From Taibaiella helva (GTDB lineage: Bacteria > Bacteroidota > Bacteroidia > Chitinophagales > Chitinophagaceae), in contig JBEBWN010000001.1 of assembly GCA_040392235.1 (NCBI GenBank), positions 1-50,256 on the forward strand: a DNA stretch of 50,256 bases, read 5' to 3'. Shown here one piece after another: positions 48,537 through 50,256 of the stretch. The notes beneath the pieces are model-generated. The model was not told the DNA's origin. It did no database searches and saw only the letters and a list, made by a program, of their open reading frames with translations. A program made the position numbers and the translations under genes. Numbering within the stretch: position 1 is the stretch's first letter; every line of letters begins with the position of its first letter.

Positions 48537-50147
48537 ATGATACACTTTGAGATTCCCAAAAATCAGTCATCTATTATTAAAGTTATAGGTGTAGGCGGCG
48601 GCGGTGGAAATGCCGTAAATTATATGTACAACCTGGGCATTGATGGAGTAGACTTTATTGTCTGCAATACCGACTCGCAAGCTCTGGCTCAAAGTCCGGT
48701 ACCCAACAAAATTCAACTGGGACCTCACCTGACACAAGGTCTTGGAGCTGGTGCCAATCCAGAAATTGGAAAACAGGCCGGAGAGGAATCTGTGGATGAA
48801 ATATCTAAAATATTAAAAGTAAACACCCGTATGGCCTTCATTACCGCAGGTATGGGTGGAGGTACCGGCACTGGTGGCGCCCCCATTATTTCGAAGGTAT
48901 GCCGGGAACTAGGAATTCTTACTGTGGGTATAGTAACCACACCCTTTACTTATGAAGGACGGAAAAGATTGAAACAAGCCCAAGAAGGTATTGCCTCTAT
49001 GAGAGAACATGTAGATACCATCTTGATCATTTCTAACGATAAACTACGTCAACAATACGGCAATCTGCCCTTCACTCAGGCATTTTCCAAAGCAGACAAT
49101 GTTTTGGCTACCGCAGCGAAGTGTATTACCGACTTGATCACTGTTGATGGCAAAGTAAACCTTGACTTCAACGATGTGCAAACAGTAATGAAAAATGGCG
49201 GTGTAGCCATACTTGGAAGCGCAATGGCATCGGGTGAAGGTCGTGCCCGCCAAGCCGTAGAGGAAGCATTAAGCTCGCCTTTGCTGAACGATAGCGAAAT
49301 AGAGGGTGCTAAATGGATCTTGTTGAACGTTACTTCCAATCCCGGTGAACAGGAACACACATTGGATGAACTGGAAATTATACAAGGTTATGTTCAGGAG
49401 CAAGCCGGTAATACCTGCGATATCATTCTGGGCATGGGGCACGATACGAACCTAGGCGATAGCATATCTGTTACTATTATTGCTACGGGGTTTCATCATA
49501 AAGAAATAAATGTAGACCTCCCCGCAAAAAAGGAACCGGTTGAGCAAAAAATTGTTGTACCTCTCGGACAAGAAGGTGGGAGTGCGCTTGTAGAAGCTAA
49601 CACACAGTATACGGCTCCGGTAGCGCAAGACCCTATGGCTCCCACACTTGTAGATCCTACACCGGATCTGGTAAATACCCTTACAATTCAACCCGCCCCG
49701 GTTCCCGAGACGAAAACAACTTTTCATCTGGATCTGCCGGCCGCCCAGCCTGCTGCCGTTCCTGAAGCAAAGCAACAAGTTCAGGAACCCAAAATGCCGG
49801 AACTGGAATTGATCATTAAGAATGATCAGGAGGAATTTTCCAATCCTGTTAAAAGGGGAGAACGTTACCTTACCCAGGACGAAATAGATGAGCAACGCCG
49901 GTTCGAAGAGCAGAAAAGAGCATTAGAAGAACGTGCCGACCGCTTAAGAAGAATGAGCTTTAATTTTCAGGGTGCAGAAAATACAAATGACTTGGAAAAT
50001 GTGCCGGCTTACATGCGTAGAAATACCAACCTGGAAGATGAGAATCATTCTTCTGATAAGTTTCTCTCGGGTTATTCTGTGAATGACGATAAGAAAGGAA
50101 ATATCAGTACCATTAACACCTTTCTGGACGGCAAAAAACCAGACTAG
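48537..50147 (+). CDS. ftsZ: Cell division protein FtsZ
   Basis: IKVIGVGGGGGNAVN, tubulin signature GMGGGTGTGGAP, NLDFNDV, a long Pro-rich linker and C-terminal core VPAYMRR. Confidence 0.97.
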   Translation: MIHFEIPKNQSSIIKVIGVGGGGGNAVNYMYNLGIDGVDFIVCNTDSQALAQSPVPNKIQLGPHLTQGLGAGANPEIGKQAGEESVDEISKILKVNTRMAFITAGMGGGTGTGGAPIISKVCRELGILTVGIVTTPFTYEGRKRLKQAQEGIASMREHVDTILIISNDKLRQQYGNLPFTQAFSKADNVLATAAKCITDLITVDGKVNLDFNDVQTVMKNGGVAILGSAMASGEGRARQAVEEALSSPLLNDSEIEGAKWILLNVTSNPGEQEHTLDELEIIQGYVQEQAGNTCDIILGMGHDTNLGDSISVTIIATGFHHKEINVDLPAKKEPVEQKIVVPLGQEGGSALVEANTQYTAPVAQDPMAPTLVDPTPDLVNTLTIQPAPVPETKTTFHLDLPAAQPAAVPEAKQQVQEPKMPELELIIKNDQEEFSNPVKRGERYLTQDEIDEQRRFEEQKRALEERADRLRRMSFNFQGAENTNDLENVPAYMRRNTNLEDENHSSDKFLSGYSVNDDKKGNISTINTFLDGKKPD

Positions 50148-50168
50148 TGCATAAAGCCTGCTCTCTAT

Positions 50169-50213
50169 GGCAAAAAATAAGGCGTCCCTGCCCGGGACGC
50201 CTTATTTTTTGCC
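50169..50213. terminator. Bidirectional intrinsic terminator after ftsZ
   Basis: Perfect 20-bp inverted repeat GGCAAAAAATAAGGCGTCCC (50169-50188) / GGGACGCCTTATTTTTTGCC (50194-50213) with a 5-nt loop and T-tracts on both strands. Confidence 0.9.
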
Positions 50214-50256
50214 CGGAAAAAGGAGTTTGCAATAGCAGCATCTATTTGTTACTTTT

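Noticed and set aside
879-49895. Numerous 60-220 aa ORFs antisense to or nested within confident genes (e.g. 4212..4883, 43301..43882)
   Set aside because: Shadow ORFs with no motifs, lying mostly or entirely within well-supported genes.
49450-50147. Long Pro-rich FtsZ linker and tail beyond PAYMRR
   Set aside because: Long linkers and C-terminal extensions are typical of Bacteroidota FtsZ.

Overview
A 50.3 kb chromosomal window from a Bacteroidota bacterium. This is inferred from T9SS C-terminal signals, TAnnTTTG -7 promoter elements and the Bacteroidota-type dcw gene order; Chitinophagales-like is a weaker inference. Left part: a small HTH gene, uvrA and ligA, then a ~13.5 kb accessory block (5887-19412). 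The block holds three paralogous TPR-sensor/HisKA_3 histidine kinases, two NarL/LuxR response regulators, a YceI protein and two T9SS-secreted proteins that share a homologous N-terminal domain but carry different secretion signals. One of those cargo genes is broken by a single in-frame TAA, and one kinase-regulator pair is bracketed by an exact 26-bp direct repeat. Middle part: a standalone sufS, a GT4 glycosyltransferase, a lipoprotein, a TPR / outer-membrane barrel / HU-SPOR trio, a hairpin-dense 500-bp intergenic region and an isolated MMPL-acyltransferase-methyltransferase fusion. Right part: the dcw cluster mraZ-rsmH-ftsL-ftsI-murE-mraY-murD-ftsW-murG-murC-ftsQ-ftsA-ftsZ, preceded by MraZ boxes and a DnaA-box cluster and closed by a perfect 20-bp-stem terminator. 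I saw no rRNA, tRNA, CRISPR array or transposase. All calls come from motif recognition by eye; no searches were run.
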